Shown here: positions 36,180-50,300 of the stretch, one piece after another
Numbering within the stretch: the first letter of the stretch is position 1
Layout: every line of letters begins with the position of its first letter
Source: the human T2T-CHM13v2.0 reference genome, Homo sapiens
Strand: one strand, 5' to 3'
NCBI RefSeq assembly: GCF_009914755.1
Contig: NC_060947.1
DNA length: 64,000 nt
Notes under the pieces: model-generated
Told to the model about the DNA's origin: nothing
Databases searched by the model: none
Seen by the model: the letters and a program-made list of their open reading frames with translations, nothing else
Made by a program: the position numbers and the translations under genes

Positions 36180-37262
36180 TTTATAAATTTATTTTAATAG
36201 CTTTCTGGAGATATAATTTACATACTATGCAATTCACTCATTTAACATGTAGATTTCAGTGGCTTTTCATATATTCACAGAGATGTGCAATCATCAACCT
36301 ATTTAAATTTAGAACATTCTAATCACGTCCAAATGAAATCCCATATCTATTAATAGTCACTCCCCATTCCCAGTAACTAAAAGCTGTTTACAATTTAACC
36401 CTAAATTACAAACAAATAAGAGAAAAATACCGTAACCCCCACTCCAATACCCAAATGACTGAACAATCAAAGAGCATGCCAACTTTCAGCTAGGCTGATG
36501 GCTGACATCGCAATGGTTCAATTCCCTCCAAACCCTTCCCTTAATCCTTGGGCAACCACTAATGTACTTTCTGTCTCTACAGATTTGCCTATTCTGGACA
36601 TTTCATATACAAAAAATCATATGGCACGTTTTTCTCTGGCTTCTTTTACCTAGAATAAAATTTTCAAGGATCATCCGTGTTGTAGCATGTATCAGTATTT
36701 CATTCCTTCTTATGGCTGAATGATATTATATTGTATGGATATACCACATTTTGTTTATCCTTTTTTCTGTTGATGGGCATTGGCATTGTTTTCACTGTTT
36801 GGCTAGTATGAATAATGCTACTATAAATATTCATGTATGCATTTTTATATAGACATGTGTTTTCATTTTTCTTAAGTATACCTAGGAATGGAATTGCTGG
36901 GTCATAGAGTAGTTGTATGTTGAATTTTTTGAGGAACCGGCAGACTGTTCTCCAAGCTGCAACATCATTATACATTCCCATCAGCAATGAATGAAAATTC
37001 CAATTTCTCCATGTCCTCAGCAACACTGGATATTCTCTTTTTTCTTATAGCCATCCTATAGCCTTGAGTGTGTTGTATCTCATTCTGATTTTGATTACCA
37101 TTTCCCTGATGACTAACAATGTTGAGTGTCTTTCTATGTGTTTGTTAGCCATTTGTGTATCTTTTTTGGAGAAATGTCTATTCAAATTATTTACCCATTT
37201 TTAAATTGGGTTATTTTTCTTTTTATTATTGAGTTGTAATAGTTCTAGATACAAGTTCCTCA
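36180..37262 (-). mobile_element. L1MB-type 3' fragment carrying a 147-bp foreign insertion
   Basis: GATATAATTTACATACTATGCAATTCAC; GGCAACCACTAATGTACTTTCTGTCTCTACAGATTTGCCTATTCTGGACATTTCATAT. Confidence 0.85.
36372..36518 (+). repeat. Direct repeat, copy A (147 bp) of 37525-37671
   Basis: Ungapped manual alignment, 11 mismatches (~92.5% identity). Confidence 0.93.
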
Positions 37263-37524
37263 GTAAATTCACTTTTTTAAAAAAAATTAACAAGCTTCCT
37301 GCTGGATCACTGCTTTATTTTCCACATTACCTCCCAACACCTAACATAGTTTGGCAACCTTCCTCCTAATACTTTTATTACCGCTAGGCTACTTACTCCC
37401 TTTGAGGACACAGTAACACCTCTAACTACAACAGATTCTTTGCAATGGGTGACAGGCCCTACTGTTGGTACCTTGAGGTTTACCTTATCTAAGACACTGG
37501 ATGTCTTCACTGTCTTCTCTACTT

Positions 37525-37671
37525 AGTAACTAAAAGCTGGTTACAATTTAACCCTAAATTACAAACAAACAAGAAAAAAATACAGTACCCCCCACTCCAG
37601 TACCCAAATGACTCAACAATCAAAGAACATGCCAACCTTCAGCTAGGCTCATGGCTGACATCACAATGGTT
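37525..37671 (+). repeat. Direct repeat, copy B (probable donor)
   Basis: AGTAACTAAAAGCTG...TGACATCACAATGGTT. Confidence 0.93.
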
Positions 37672-37834
37672 GCAACTCCTTTCAAATATCAGTCAAATGA
37701 GCCACATAGACATTTCAGCACTTTGAGTTGCCTTATAAAAAATGTCTTTCCCTACTTTCTCTGCCATCTCCCCAAGAAGGTGGCATCTTCTTCAAAGAAA
37801 ACAAAGAGCCATTCACTGTAATCATCTAAACTAT

Positions 37835-38172
37835 CAGTCACAAACGACAATGTTTATAGGGGCTAGTCAGGTAGCCTGATGAGTGAAGCTGCCCAAGTGT
37901 AGGATGTACTGGAGACTCTGGGAAACTGGAAAGCAAATACCCAATGTATGGAGCAACTTGGCTTCAGCTGATTTTGCCATACAAGATTGCAGGTCCCATG
38001 TTGCCATATTGTATTTTGGTAGGGGGAGAAGCTGAAACCAGACTTTTTTATGTGAAAAATTATCTTTTAAAATACTGGCAATTAACTTGATATTTTAAAA
38101 AATACTATACAGGCCAACCAAAATGTGTGCCAGCTGGATCTGACCAACCAGCCACCAGTTTGCAATCACTGT
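37835..38172. mobile_element. MER102-like hAT-Charlie fossil
   Basis: TTTTTATGTGAAAAAT...TGGCAATTAA...CAGGCCAACCAAAA...GCCACCAGTTTGCAATCACTG. Confidence 0.7.
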
Positions 38173-38364
38173 TCAAAATATTACTTAATTATTCCCCCCA
38201 TGTTCCCTGTTATTAGCAGCACCAACCTGGGATCTCATTGCTGCTCACATTCTTAAGTCTTAATTATTCAGACTGTTAGCCTTTTTCAACACCATTTTCT
38301 TCTAGCTCTTTCTTCTCTGTGTGCACACCCAAATGCACTCATCCTTAAAGAGTCACTAAATATA

Positions 38365-38580
38365 CTAAAAAAGAGCGTGAACTTTGGAGTCAGTGAGCTC
38401 TATCTTCAAACCTGGATTTGCCAATTACCACTCTGTATCTTTGGGCAATTTACTTTACCTCTCTGATCTTTGGTTTCTACATCATTAAAATGGATACAAT
38501 AACCTTTAACTCATAGGCTTGTTTTGAAGCAATATATTTGAAGAACTTAGCATATTTATTGAGTCCTTAATAAATATATG
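38365..38580 (+). mobile_element. MIR
   Basis: AGAGCGTGAACTTTGGAGTCAG...TTGGGCAATTTACTTTACCTCTCTG. Confidence 0.75.
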
Positions 38581-40319
38581 TCATTCTTCCTCCTTAATTT
38601 TTAACTAACATTAACAACTGATTCATTGACACCCTTAACTCATCTTTTTTTATGCTTTTAACTTTAAGTTCCTGTAGCAACATTGTTTATACTCACAAAG
38701 TATAAATTCACAAGCCCCAGCATCCTGGATCCTGTCCTACATCATTTGAGTACCCCCGATCCCTTACCAGTGCTCCATCCCAGACTATGTGTAATTTTCC
38801 CATACACTTTTTTATTGTTAAATCTGAATTACAGTTGTGTATTTTTATACCTGTTAATCTCTCTGAAGCTTCTGATAGAACAGACCCCATATACCTTACC
38901 AAGCTATTTGAATGGGCTTCCAAGATAACAGTTCTGACCCAGTTTGCCTCAGACATGTTGGACCACCCAAGAACACCTATCTATTCAGTTTTGTATCACA
39001 CTCCCTCTGACAGGTCTCTTGCTTTTTCTGTGTATCCATTAAGACCTAGATTGAATTCATCTGGTCATATGGAGTCTATTTCATTAATGGTAGAAAGTGT
39101 AAATGCTTTTTATCTAACTCCATTTATTTCTCCATATGCAAACTAACTCTGGCAGGATGGTTCACCAACAACTCAAGTTAAACATGGAAAAGAGGGAGTT
39201 AGACCTGGGAGATCCCAGGGCCATGTAAGTCTCACCACCTTTAATCAAGTAAGATGGCTTCATTTACCTTATTGGTATAGAGAGAACCTCTGTAGCTTCC
39301 CGGGCAATCCTCAGAGGTGACAGCAAAGAAGCTGTGAGTCTTATTCCAGGCTTCAGGCCTTTGCTACATCCCCGCTAGTTCTTTCCACTTTCTGTCTTAA
39401 ATTAATGCACATAGTTTGCACATTTGTGTCTGAAGGCCAGGCCAGAGAGAATGTTCAAAGCTATGTTTCAAAGGAGAATATTAGGAATCTAAGTCTGCTT
39501 CTAAGAGAACACTTATTGGGAAATAAAGTTCTGATATGTTTATATGAAAACAAGTCATATTAATCACTTTATGTTTACACCTCATGTGTGAAGACACACC
39601 TGCTTTAGATTCCCTGCAGGCACATCACACTTCGACTTCTGAAATTTTTCCAAAACAGTATATTCTGCCTGGAATGCTTTTTCTTCAGGCAGCCAAATGG
39701 TCTTTCCCATCATTTAAACAGCTTCTGGAATTCTATCAATCCTCCAGTATTCTAAGATTGATTGGCCAACTGACACATTATTTTTGGCTCAGTCTGGACA
39801 TGGAACACCCACAGCTATTCTTCGCTTCCTGATCATGTATTTAGTCCTCACTACCTAACCCCTACTAAAGTACATTTACCCTTTCTTTACATTGGCAGAT
39901 ATAATTTGTTTCCATCACAAATTAAACAGAGCATAATGTCTGCTGCTAAAGGAATAGTTTGTAAACCCAAGACTCAGAATTCTACACATAATGTTATTGT
40001 ATGATGTATTAATTTAGTAGCATAAGAAAAATCCTAGGTTTCAGTTACAGGTATTAGGGTATAAAAGTTGGCAAACCCTAGACCTCTATTATGAAATACA
40101 AATGCTAAATTAAGTGCATATGTATAAATTAGAGTGTAGTAACATTTACTGATATTTACAAATGACCTCAATGAAGGTAGAATAGTGTGGTAAAAATTAC
40201 TAAGACATTACACCTGACAATAACAAGTGGCGTTACACCTAACAGTAATTAGTGTGGCTAGGGTTCACGTATTGATTACTGTTTCTTTTCTCTGTCATAT
40301 ACATTAGAGAGTAGCAAAT

Positions 40320-40830
40320 TAGTTCAGTGAGAGTACTGGAGTCACATGGACTTGAGTTTGAGCATTAGTTCTACCACTTACTATCTGTTTGATCTTGGTC
40401 AAATCAATTAACTCCTCTGAGACTCAGTTTCATAATCTTCAAAATGAAGGTAGTAACAGTATCTACCTCACAGAGTAGTGACAGAATCGTGAACAACAGA
40501 TAACATTTATTAACTAATTAGTTGGAATCAGGCATTGTTTTAGCCCTTTAAATGGATTAGCTCGTATAATTGTCTCCACCAACCTATGAGACAGGTACTA
40601 TTATTATATTCAGCTTATAGGACTCCTTAAGCAAAAAGATGTTGAGTAACTTACCCAAAGTCAAACAGCTTGTAAGTGGTAGCACTAGAATGTGAATCTA
40701 GGCTCTCTATTTTTTAATCATAATCCAGCAATACTTCCAAAGAGTGGAAGGTATAGTGCCTGCAAAGCACATAATACAGTTCCAAGAACATAGCAAGTGC
40801 TCAGTAAATGCTAACTACTATTAGTATTGT
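40320..40830. mobile_element. MIR (+) with a second MIR (-) nested at ~40495-40720
   Basis: CTCAGTTTCATAATCTTCAAAATG (+); GAGTAACTTACCCAAAGTCAAACAGCTTGTAAGTGG (-); CATAGCAAGTGCTCAGTAAATG (+ tail). Confidence 0.7.
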
Positions 40831-41514
40831 ATACTATGATGTACTAAGAATAACCTCTCACATTTTGTTTCAGTGTATTCACCAAGGTACATAATTCACT
40901 CATATGAATACATGCTCCTCAGAGTTTTCCACCTTAGAGTCATCTCTCAGAAGCCATATCCTGTGGTGATATGGCTTCCAATGTAGATCACCATGTGGAA
41001 ATAGTTCCTTAGCACCTTTCTGAAGTAGAAGTAGGAGGAAAAGAGGAAGAAAGAGAAGGGGCAGAAGTTCTTATCATTTGTGGAAATGGCTTCAACGATC
41101 ACATGGGGGTCTGTGGGGCTTAAGTTAGAATTCTGCTATGGCAGTTTCAGAGTTCAGCTTGGTTGCTATGGATAGAATAGGGGTGATTTCCTGCAATCCC
41201 ATTCAAGCATGCCTCCAGCATGATCCATACACTTCTATGGAACTTAGAAGACCTTTCTGTTCAGGGACAGCCTATGTCGTCCTGCACCATTAACTACGGC
41301 AGTGAGGCTTGCTGAAAAACAAAGCGTGCACCAGAAGAATTTGGTGTATTTTAGCATTTATGATCATTTAGAAGAAAACGTCACTTACCTGTGTGCTGTA
41401 CCTTGAGAGGCCTAAAAAGCCCTATGGGCCTCAAGTTTCTGCTAAAATTTTATCATTTGGGGGTTATTTATTTTTAAAATGTTATTTTTAATTTTTGTGG
41501 GTACATAGTAGGTA

Positions 41515-41551
41515 CATATATATAATACATATATATATACTATATATATAT
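41515..41551. repeat. (TA)n expansion within the L1MA2 3'UTR
   Basis: CATATATATAATACATATATATATACTATATATATAT. Confidence 0.85.
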
Positions 41552-44500
41552 TTATGGGGTATATGAAATATTTTGATCAGGCATGAAATGTGAAATTATC
41601 ACATCATGGAGAATGGGGTATCCATCCCCTCAAGCATTTATCCTTTGTGTTACAAACAATCCAATTACACTCTTTTAGTTATTTTAAAATGTGCAAATAA
41701 GTTATTATTGACTATAGTCACCCTGTTGTGCTATTAAATAGCAGGTCTTACTCATTCTTTCTGACTAGTGTTTTTTTACCCATTAACCATCTCCACATCC
41801 TGGACATCACTTGGCTACCTTTCCCAGCCTCTGGTAACCATAATTCTACTCTGTATGTCCATGGGTTCAATTGTTTTGATTTTTAGAACCCACAAATAAG
41901 TGAGAATATGGGATGTTTTTCTTTCTCTGCCTGGCATATTTCATTTAGCAAAACAATCTCCAGTTCCTTCCGTGTTCTTGCAAATGACAGGATCTCATTC
42001 TTTTTATGGCTGCATAGTACTCCGTTGTATATATGTATCACATTTTCTTTACCCATTTATGCTGATGGACACTTAGGTTGTTTCAAAAGCTTAACTATTG
42101 GGAACACCACTGCAACAAAATTAAGAGTGTAGATATCTCTTTGATAAACTGATTTCCCTTCTTTTTGGTATACACCCAGCAGAGGGATTGCTGGATCATA
42201 TGGTAGCTCTGTTTTCAGTTTTTTTGAGGAAAGTCAAAACTGTTCTCCATAGTGGCTGTAATAATTTACATTCCCACCCACAGTATATGAGAGTTCCCTT
42301 TTCTCCACATCCTCACCAGCCTTTGTTATTGCCTGTCTTCTGGATATAAGCAATTTTACTGGGGTGAGATAATATCTCATTGTAGTTTTGATTTGTATTT
42401 CTCTGATGATCAATGATGTTGAACACATTTTCATATGCTTGTTAGCCATTTTCACATCTTCTTTTGAGAAATGTCTATTCACATCTTTTGCCCAGTTTAA
42501 AATTTGATTAATTTTTTTCCTATGGAGATGTTTGACCTCCTTATACAATCTGATTACTAATCCTTTGCCAGATGGGTAGTTTGCAAATATTTTCTACCAC
42601 GCTATGGATTGTCTCTTCACTTTGTTGATTGTTTCTTTCACTATGCAGGGGCTTTTTAACTTGATATGATCCCATTTGTCTATTTTTGCTTTGGTCACCT
42701 GCACTTGTGGGGCATTACTCAAGAAATTTTTGCCCAGACCAATGTCCTAGAGATTTGCCCCAATGTTTTCTTGTAGTAGTTTTCTAGTTTGTGGCCTTAG
42801 ATTTAAGTCTTTAATCCATTTTTTATTTAATTTTTGTATATGGTGAGAGATAGGGCTATAGGTTCATTCTTCTGCATATGGATATCCAGTTTTCCCACCA
42901 TGATTCACTGAAAAGACTCTTCCCTACCCAGTGTATGTTCTCAGCACCTTTGTCAAAAACGAGTTCACTGTAAGTGTGTGAATTTGTTTCTAGGTTCTCT
43001 ATTCTGTTCCATTAAAGTATGTGTCTGTTTTTATGCCAGCACCATGCTGTTTTGGTTACTATAGCTCTGTAGTGTAACTTGAAGTCAGATAATATGATTT
43101 CTGCAGTTCTGTTATTTTTGCTTAGGGTAGCTTTGGCTATTCTGGATCTTTTGTTGTTCTATAAAAATTTTAGAATTTTTTTCTATTTCTGTGAAGAATA
43201 TCATTGGTGTTTTGCTAGAGATTTCATTGAACATGTAGGTTGCTTTGGGTAGTACAAACATTTTAACAATATTGGTTCTTCCAATCCATGAACATGGAAT
43301 CCCTTTTCATTTATTGGTGTCCTCTTCAATTTCTTTCTTCAATGTTTTATAGTTTTCATTATAGAGATCTTTCCTTTCTTTGGTTAAATTAATTCCTAGA
43401 TATTTAATTCTATGTGTTGCTAATATAAATTGGATTACTTTAAAAAATTTTTTTTCAGATTGTTCACTGTTAGCTCCTGATTTTTGTATACTGATTTTGT
43501 ATTCTGCAACTATACATAATTTATCAGTTCTAATATTATTTTAGTGGAGTCTTTAGGTTTTTCAAAATATAAGATCATTTCATGTGCAAACAGGGATAAT
43601 TTGCCTTCTTCCATTTTAATTTGAATGTCCTTTATTCTTTCTCTTGTCTGATTGCTCTCCCTAGGAGTTCCAGTATTATGTTTAATAACAGCAGTGAAAG
43701 TGGCATCCTTGTTATGTTTCATATCTTAGAGGAAAGGTTTCAGTATTTCTGCATTCAGTATGATACCAACTGTGGGTCCGTCATATATGTTTTTATTATA
43801 TTTAGGAATGTTCCTTGTATATTCAGAATTTTGAATGTTTTTATCATAAAGGGATGTTAAATTTTATCAAATGCTTTTTCAGCATCAATTGAAATGATCA
43901 TATGGTTTTTATCTTTAATTCTGTTGAGAAGACATATCACATTGATTGATTTGCATATGTTGAACCATCCTTGAATCCCAGGGTAAATCCCATTTGCTCA
44001 TGGCAAATGATCTTTATAATGTGCTGTTAAATTTGATTTGTTAGGATTTTGTTGAAATTTTTGGCATCAATGTTGTTCAGAGATATTGGCTTGTAATTTT
44101 CTTTTTTTAATGTGTCTTTGTCTGGTTTTGTTATCAGGTTAATACTGGCCTCATAGAATGGCTTTGGAGGTATTCTCTCCACCTCTATTTTTTGAAGGAG
44201 TTTGAGTATAATTGGTATTAATTCTTTTTAAAATGTTTGATAGAATTCAGCAGTGAAGCCATAGGGTCCTGGGCTAGTCTTTGCAGGACAACTTTTATTA
44301 CAGTTCCATTCTTATTACTTGGTATTGGTCTGCTCAGGTTTTGGATTTCTTCATGGTTCAATCTTCGTAACTTGTATGTGTCTAGGAATTTGTCCATTTC
44401 TTCTAGGTTTTCCAATTTATTGATATGTAGTTGCCCATAGTGATCTCTAATAATCCCTTTAAATTCTGTGGTCAGTTGTAATGTCTCCTTTTTCATTTCT

Positions 44501-46805
44501 GATTTTATGTATTTGTATCTTCTCTCTTCTTAGTCTAGCTAAAGGTTTTTCAATTTTGTTTAACTTAAAAAAAACTTTTGTTTCATTGATCTTTTGTATT
44601 ATTTTCTTCATTTCAACTTCATTTATTGCTGCTCTGATTTTTATTGTTTCTTTTCTTCTACTAATTTTGGGCTTGACTTGCTCTTGCTTTTCTAGTTCTT
44701 CAAGGTCCATCATTAGATGATTTACTTGAAGTTTTTTCTCTTTTTTTTTTTTTTGATGTAGGTACTTACAGCTATAAACTTCGCTCTTAGCATTGCTTTT
44801 GCTGTACTAGGTTTTAGTATGTTGTGTTTCCATTATCATTAGTTTCAATTTTTCAATTTCCTTCTTAATTTCTTCACTGACCCACTGGTCATTCAGGAAC
44901 ATATTGTTTAATTTCTATGTGTTTGTATAGTTTACAAAATTCCTCTTCTTATTAATTTCTAGTTTTATTCCCTTGTGGTCAGAGAAGATGCTTGATATTA
45001 TTTCAATTTTTTGAATGTTTTAAGACTTGCTTTGTTAGCTAACATATGGTCTATCCTTGAGAATGATGCATGTGCTGAGGAAAAGAATGTGTGTTTTCTA
45101 GCTTTTGGATGAAATGTTCTGTAAATATCTATTAGATTCCTTTGTTCTATAGTGCAGATTAAGTCCAGTGTTTCTTTGTTGATTTTCTGTCTGGACGATC
45201 TGTCCAATGCTGAAGGTGGAGTGTTGATGTCTCCATCTATTATTGTATTGGGGCCTATCTCTCTCTTTAGCTCTAATAATATTTGCTTTATATATCTTTA
45301 AGTATACTTTAAATTGTTATATTCTCTTTCTGGATCAATCCCTTTATATATAGTGACCTTCTTTGTCTCCTCTTAAAGTTTTTGCCTCAAAATCTATTTT
45401 GTCTGATACAAGTATAGCTACTCCTGCTCTTTTTTGTTTCCATTGGCATGGAATATCTTTTTCCATCCTTTAATATTCAGTCTGTGTTTGTGTTTATATG
45501 TTAAGTGTATTTCTTGTAGACAACAACTCATTGGGTCTTGTTTTTTCAATCCATTCAGCCACTCTCCGGCTTTTGATTAGAGAGTTTAGTCCATTTACAT
45601 TCAATATTATTCTTGATGATAAGTAAGGACTTACTCATGCCATTTTGTTATTGGTTTTTTGTTGTTTTGTGGTCTTCTCCTCCTTTCTTTCCTTCCTGTC
45701 TTCCTTCAATGAAGGTTATTTTCTGTGGTGTCATAATTTAGATGCTTGATTTTTATATTTTGTGTATCCGTTCTATGTGTTTTTTCTTTGAGGTGACCAT
45801 GAGGCTTGCAGTTATACCTTATAACTCATTTTACACTTATAGCAACACTGTTTTCATAAGCAAACAAACAGAGACAACTAATAAGGACTCTACACCTTAC
45901 CTTCATCCCCCCTTTTTGTTAACTTTTTGTTGTTTCTATTTACATCTTATTGTACTCTCTATGTCTTGAAAAGTTGTTGTTGTTGTTGTTATTTTTGATT
46001 GGTTCATCATTTATTCTTTCTACTTAGGATAAGAATAGTTTACACACCACAGTTACAGTGTTATCTTATTCTGTGTTTTTCTGTGTAATTATTATTACCA
46101 ATGAGTTTTGCATCTTCAGGTGATTACTTATTGCTCATGAATTTCCTTTTCTTTCTGAATGAAGTACACCCTTTAGCATTTCTTGTAGGACAGGTCTGGT
46201 GTTGATGGAATGTTTCAGCTTTTGTTTTTGTGGGAAAATCTTTATGTCTTCTTTATGTTTGAAGGATATTTTGCCGATTTACTATTCTAGGGTAAAATAA
46301 TTTATTTCCTTCAGCATTTTAAATACTTCATGCTACTCTCTCCTGGCCTGTAAAGTTTTCACTGAAAACTCTGCTGCCAGACATATTGGAGCTCCATTGT
46401 ATGTTTTTTTTTTCTATTTTCTTGCTGCTTTTAGGATCCTTTGTTTATTCTTGACCTTTGTGAGTTTCATTATTAAATGTCTTGAGGCAATGTTCTGTGT
46501 GTAAATCTGCTTGTTTCTATAACCTTCTTGCACTTGGATATTGATATCTTACTCTAGGTTTGGGAAGTTCCCTGTTATCCATTTGAATAAACTTTCTACC
46601 CATATTTCTTTTTCTGTCTCCTCTTTAAGGTCAATAACTCTTATAATTTCTCTTTTGAGGCTATTTTTATATCCTGTAGGTATGCTTCATTGTTTTTTAT
46701 TCTTTTTTTAATTATTTCTATTTTTAAAATTATTTTTTCTGTTGTCTCTTATGACTGTGTATTGTGGTCATAAGACCACAATAGCCCATGGTCAAGCTCA
46801 CTTAA

Positions 46806-47340
46806 AGCCATCCCATTACTGAGTATATACCCAAAGGACTGTAAATCATGCTGCTATAAAGACACATACACATGTATGTTTATTGCGGCACTACTCACAA
46901 TAGCAAAGACTTGGAACCAACCCAAATGCCCAACAATGATAGACTGGATTAGGAAAATGTGGCACATATACACCATGGAATACTCTGCAGCCATAAAAAA
47001 GGATGAGTTCATGTCCTTTGTAGGGACATGGATGAAGCTGGAAACCATCATTTTCAGCAAACTATCGCAAGGACAAAAAACCAAACACTGCATGTTCTCA
47101 CTCATAGGTGGGAATTGAACAATGAGAACACTTGGACACAGGAAGGGGAACATCACACACCGGGGCCTGTTGTGGGGTTGGGGGAGGGGGGAGATAGCTT
47201 TAGGAGATATACCTAATGTAAATGATGAGTTAATGGGTGCAGCACACCAGCATGGCACATGTATACATGTGTAACAAACCTGCACGTTGTGCACATGTAC
47301 CCTAGAACTTAAAATATAATAAAAAAAAATATTAAAAACA
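46806..47340 (+). mobile_element. 5'-truncated L1PA4/5-like 3' end inserted antisense into L1MA2 ORF1
   Basis: MFIAALLTIAKTWNQPKCP...HCMFSLIGGN* ORF2 C-terminus, G-rich tract, ACCCTAGAACTTAAAATATAAT + poly-A. Confidence 0.93.
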
Positions 47341-50300
47341 TAATTTCTTTTGCTTGATCAATTATGTTATTAAAGGACTCTGATGCATTCTTCAGTATGC
47401 CAGTTAATTTTTCTGCCCCAGAATTTCTACTAGGTTCTTTTTAATTATTTCAATCTCTGTGTTAAATTTATTGGATAGAAATCTAATTTCCTTCTCTGTG
47501 TTATTTTGAATTTGAGTTTCCTCAACACAGCTTTGCTGAATTCTCTGTCTAAAACGTCACATATCTCAGTTTCTCCAGGATTAGCCCCTGGTGCCTTATT
47601 TAGTTCATTTGGCGAGGTCATGCTCTCCTGGATGGTGTTGATGCTATTAGGGATTCTTCAGTGTCTGGTCATTGAAGAGTTAGATATTTATTATATTCTT
47701 CACTGTCTGGGCATGTTTGTACCTGTTCTTCTAGGGAGGGCTTTCCAGATATTTAAAAGGTCTTGGGTGTTGGGATCTAAGCTGTATCTGCTTTGGGAGG
47801 AACCCTAAGCCCAGTAACGCTGTGGTTTTTGCAGACTCATAAACCACTTTGATGATCTTGGATAAGATCCAGGAGAATCCTCCGGATTACCAAGCAGAGA
47901 CTCTTGTTCTCTTTCTTTATTTTCTCCCAAACATACGGGGTATCTCTCTCTGTTCTGAACCCCCTAAAGCTGGAGTGGGGTGACACAAGCTCCCCTGTTG
48001 CCCCCACTGCTATGACCAAGCAGGGGCAGATCTGAAGCCAACATAGCACTGGGTCTCACCCAAGGCCTGCTGTAACCACTCCCTGACTACTGCCTATGCT
48101 CATTCAAAGCCCTGGGGCTTTACAATCACCAGATGTTGAAGCCTGCCAGACCTGTGTCCTTCCCTTCAGGTCAGTGAGGTCTCTTATGCCCTGGATGCAT
48201 CCAGAGGTGCCATGTAGGAGTCAAGGACTAGAGTCAAAAACCTTAGCAGTCTACCTGGTGTTCTACTGTAGTGTGGCTGAGCTGGCACTCAAACCACAAG
48301 ACACAATCCTTGCCACTCTTCCTTCCCCTCTCCAAAGGCAGAAGAGCTTCACCCTGTAGCCACCACCACCAAAGGCTACAAGGAGTACTTCCAGACTACT
48401 ACTGATGTTCCCTGAAGGCCCAAGTGCTCTTATTTAAGTTTCGGTGAATGCTGCCTGGCCTGGAATTCACTCTTCATGACAGTGGGCTTCCTTCTGGCCC
48501 AGAGCAGGTCCAGAGTTCCCATCCAAGAGTCAAGTCCTGGAATCAGGTGCCCCAAGAGCCCGCTAGGTGTTCTACCCTCCTGAGGCTGTTTTGCTACCTG
48601 AGGTGCAAGAGAAAGTTCCTTTTACTTTTCCCTTTGCTTTTCTCAAGCAGAAGGAGGTGCACCCCATAGTCACCACAGCTAGTAATGTGCTGAGTTTCAC
48701 CTGAAGCCAGCAAGTTTAAGAGGCTCACCCAAGTCTCCTGATGTAGTACCTGGGTATTGCTGCTAATTATTCAGGGCCCAAGGGCTCTTCAGTTAACAGG
48801 TCATCAATGCTACCAGGACTTGGTCCTTCCCTTCAAGGCAGCAGGTTTCCTTCTAGCCCAGGGTGTGTCTAGAAATGTTGTTCATGAGCTAGGGCTTGAA
48901 CAGGGAGTTTCATGACTTTGACCATTGCCCTATTCTCCTGTGGCTGAGCTGGTATTCAAGATGCAAGACAAAGTCCTCCCTACTCTTCCCTCTCCTCTCT
49001 TCAAGTGGAAAACAGGGGTCTCTTCTGGCACCATTAGCTGTGCAGCCTGGGGTTAGGGGAGGAGTGATGCCAGTACTCCCTTGACTGCTCCAGCTTTTTT
49101 CTCAGTATCTCGTGTCCTGCAGTCCACTGCCTCTGGGCCCAGTTCAGCACTAGTACTCACCTATGAGTTGCAGTCTTTATGGCCTAGTATACCTTCCAAG
49201 TTTATTTAGAGCACAGAGCACTTTAGCCCACAGTGGTGAGGTTTGCAGGAACTCAGTTTCTGACTCTGGGATCAGCGATTCCCCCCTCGCTTGGTCTGGT
49301 TTAAATGATCCCTCCGTGGGTGGGCATTAGCTGAGTTTAGTCCAGTTTTCCTTTCTGCTCTAACAGGAGAGCACTGAGTTAACTGCTTCACAATTGTATT
49401 GCTCTCCCTCCCAGAGAGGTGCTCTCCATACCACAAGGCCACTGCCAGGGGTAGGGGAGGGTAGCACCAGCAATTTAATACTGTATTTTCTATCTCTTCA
49501 GTACCTCTATCAGTGATATGTCAAAGCCAGGTACTAGGAGTGCTCACATGATTTTTTGCTCTTATGAAGGTGCTTTTTCTGTTTAGATAGTGTTAAATTG
49601 GTATCCTTGAAGTGGCAATGATTGGTGGAGCCTTCTATTCTGCCATCATGCTGTGCCTCCTCCCACGAGGGTTTTTTTTTAATTAGTATTATTTTTAACA
49701 AGTTTCCCTTCAAAATTTGGAAAATAAATATATTAAGCCAGTTGCCATCCACACCTTAAGTCAAGTTAGTTTAATCAGAATTCTTCCTCTCTAACAAATA
49801 GATGGGTTTCACTGTGGAAGAAATTAGAGACTGTTTTGAGTAAGGGACAGAGATAAGGTTAATTTGAGAGTGTGGAAACACTGCTTAAGCGTGGGGAGGA
49901 TTGCACAAAGCTGTCCCCAGCCCTTCTTTTAAAGTGCCAACATTCCTGGGAAAGGTTATCCAAAATAGTTTCACATTGGTCTATCTGATCTGGTTTATTC
50001 CTAGCAGGAATGAGGAGGGCCTCGTGTAACAAGCTGGAGAGGAGTAAGGAGGACAGGGAGGGCATTTTTGTGCCTGAACCCCATCAGCAACCTAGGACCT
50101 TCATGTGGTTCATGCTTCATAGATCAGGGAAAAGCAGAAAGGGGAAATTAAGGAACCAGTGGGGTTTGTCCCAACCAAATTATTTGTCCCTAGTGCTTCC
50201 CTCTCTTAAGTGAAAACTCAAGCCTCAGCAGAATATTCCTAGAGGTTCCCATGACTCTTCAATAGTTGAGAATGTCGGTTTAATTAATGGATCAGAGCCT

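Larger units (their letters stand above)
41465..49670 (-). mobile_element. Second near full-length L1MA2-like element, with a nested L1PA fragment
   Basis: 3' end TTTTTGTGGGTACATAGTAGG; ORF2 fragments (NKLENLEEMDKFLDTY, IDIYRTFHP...FSRIDHML); 5' end GAGCCTTCTATTCTGCCATC. Confidence 0.92.
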
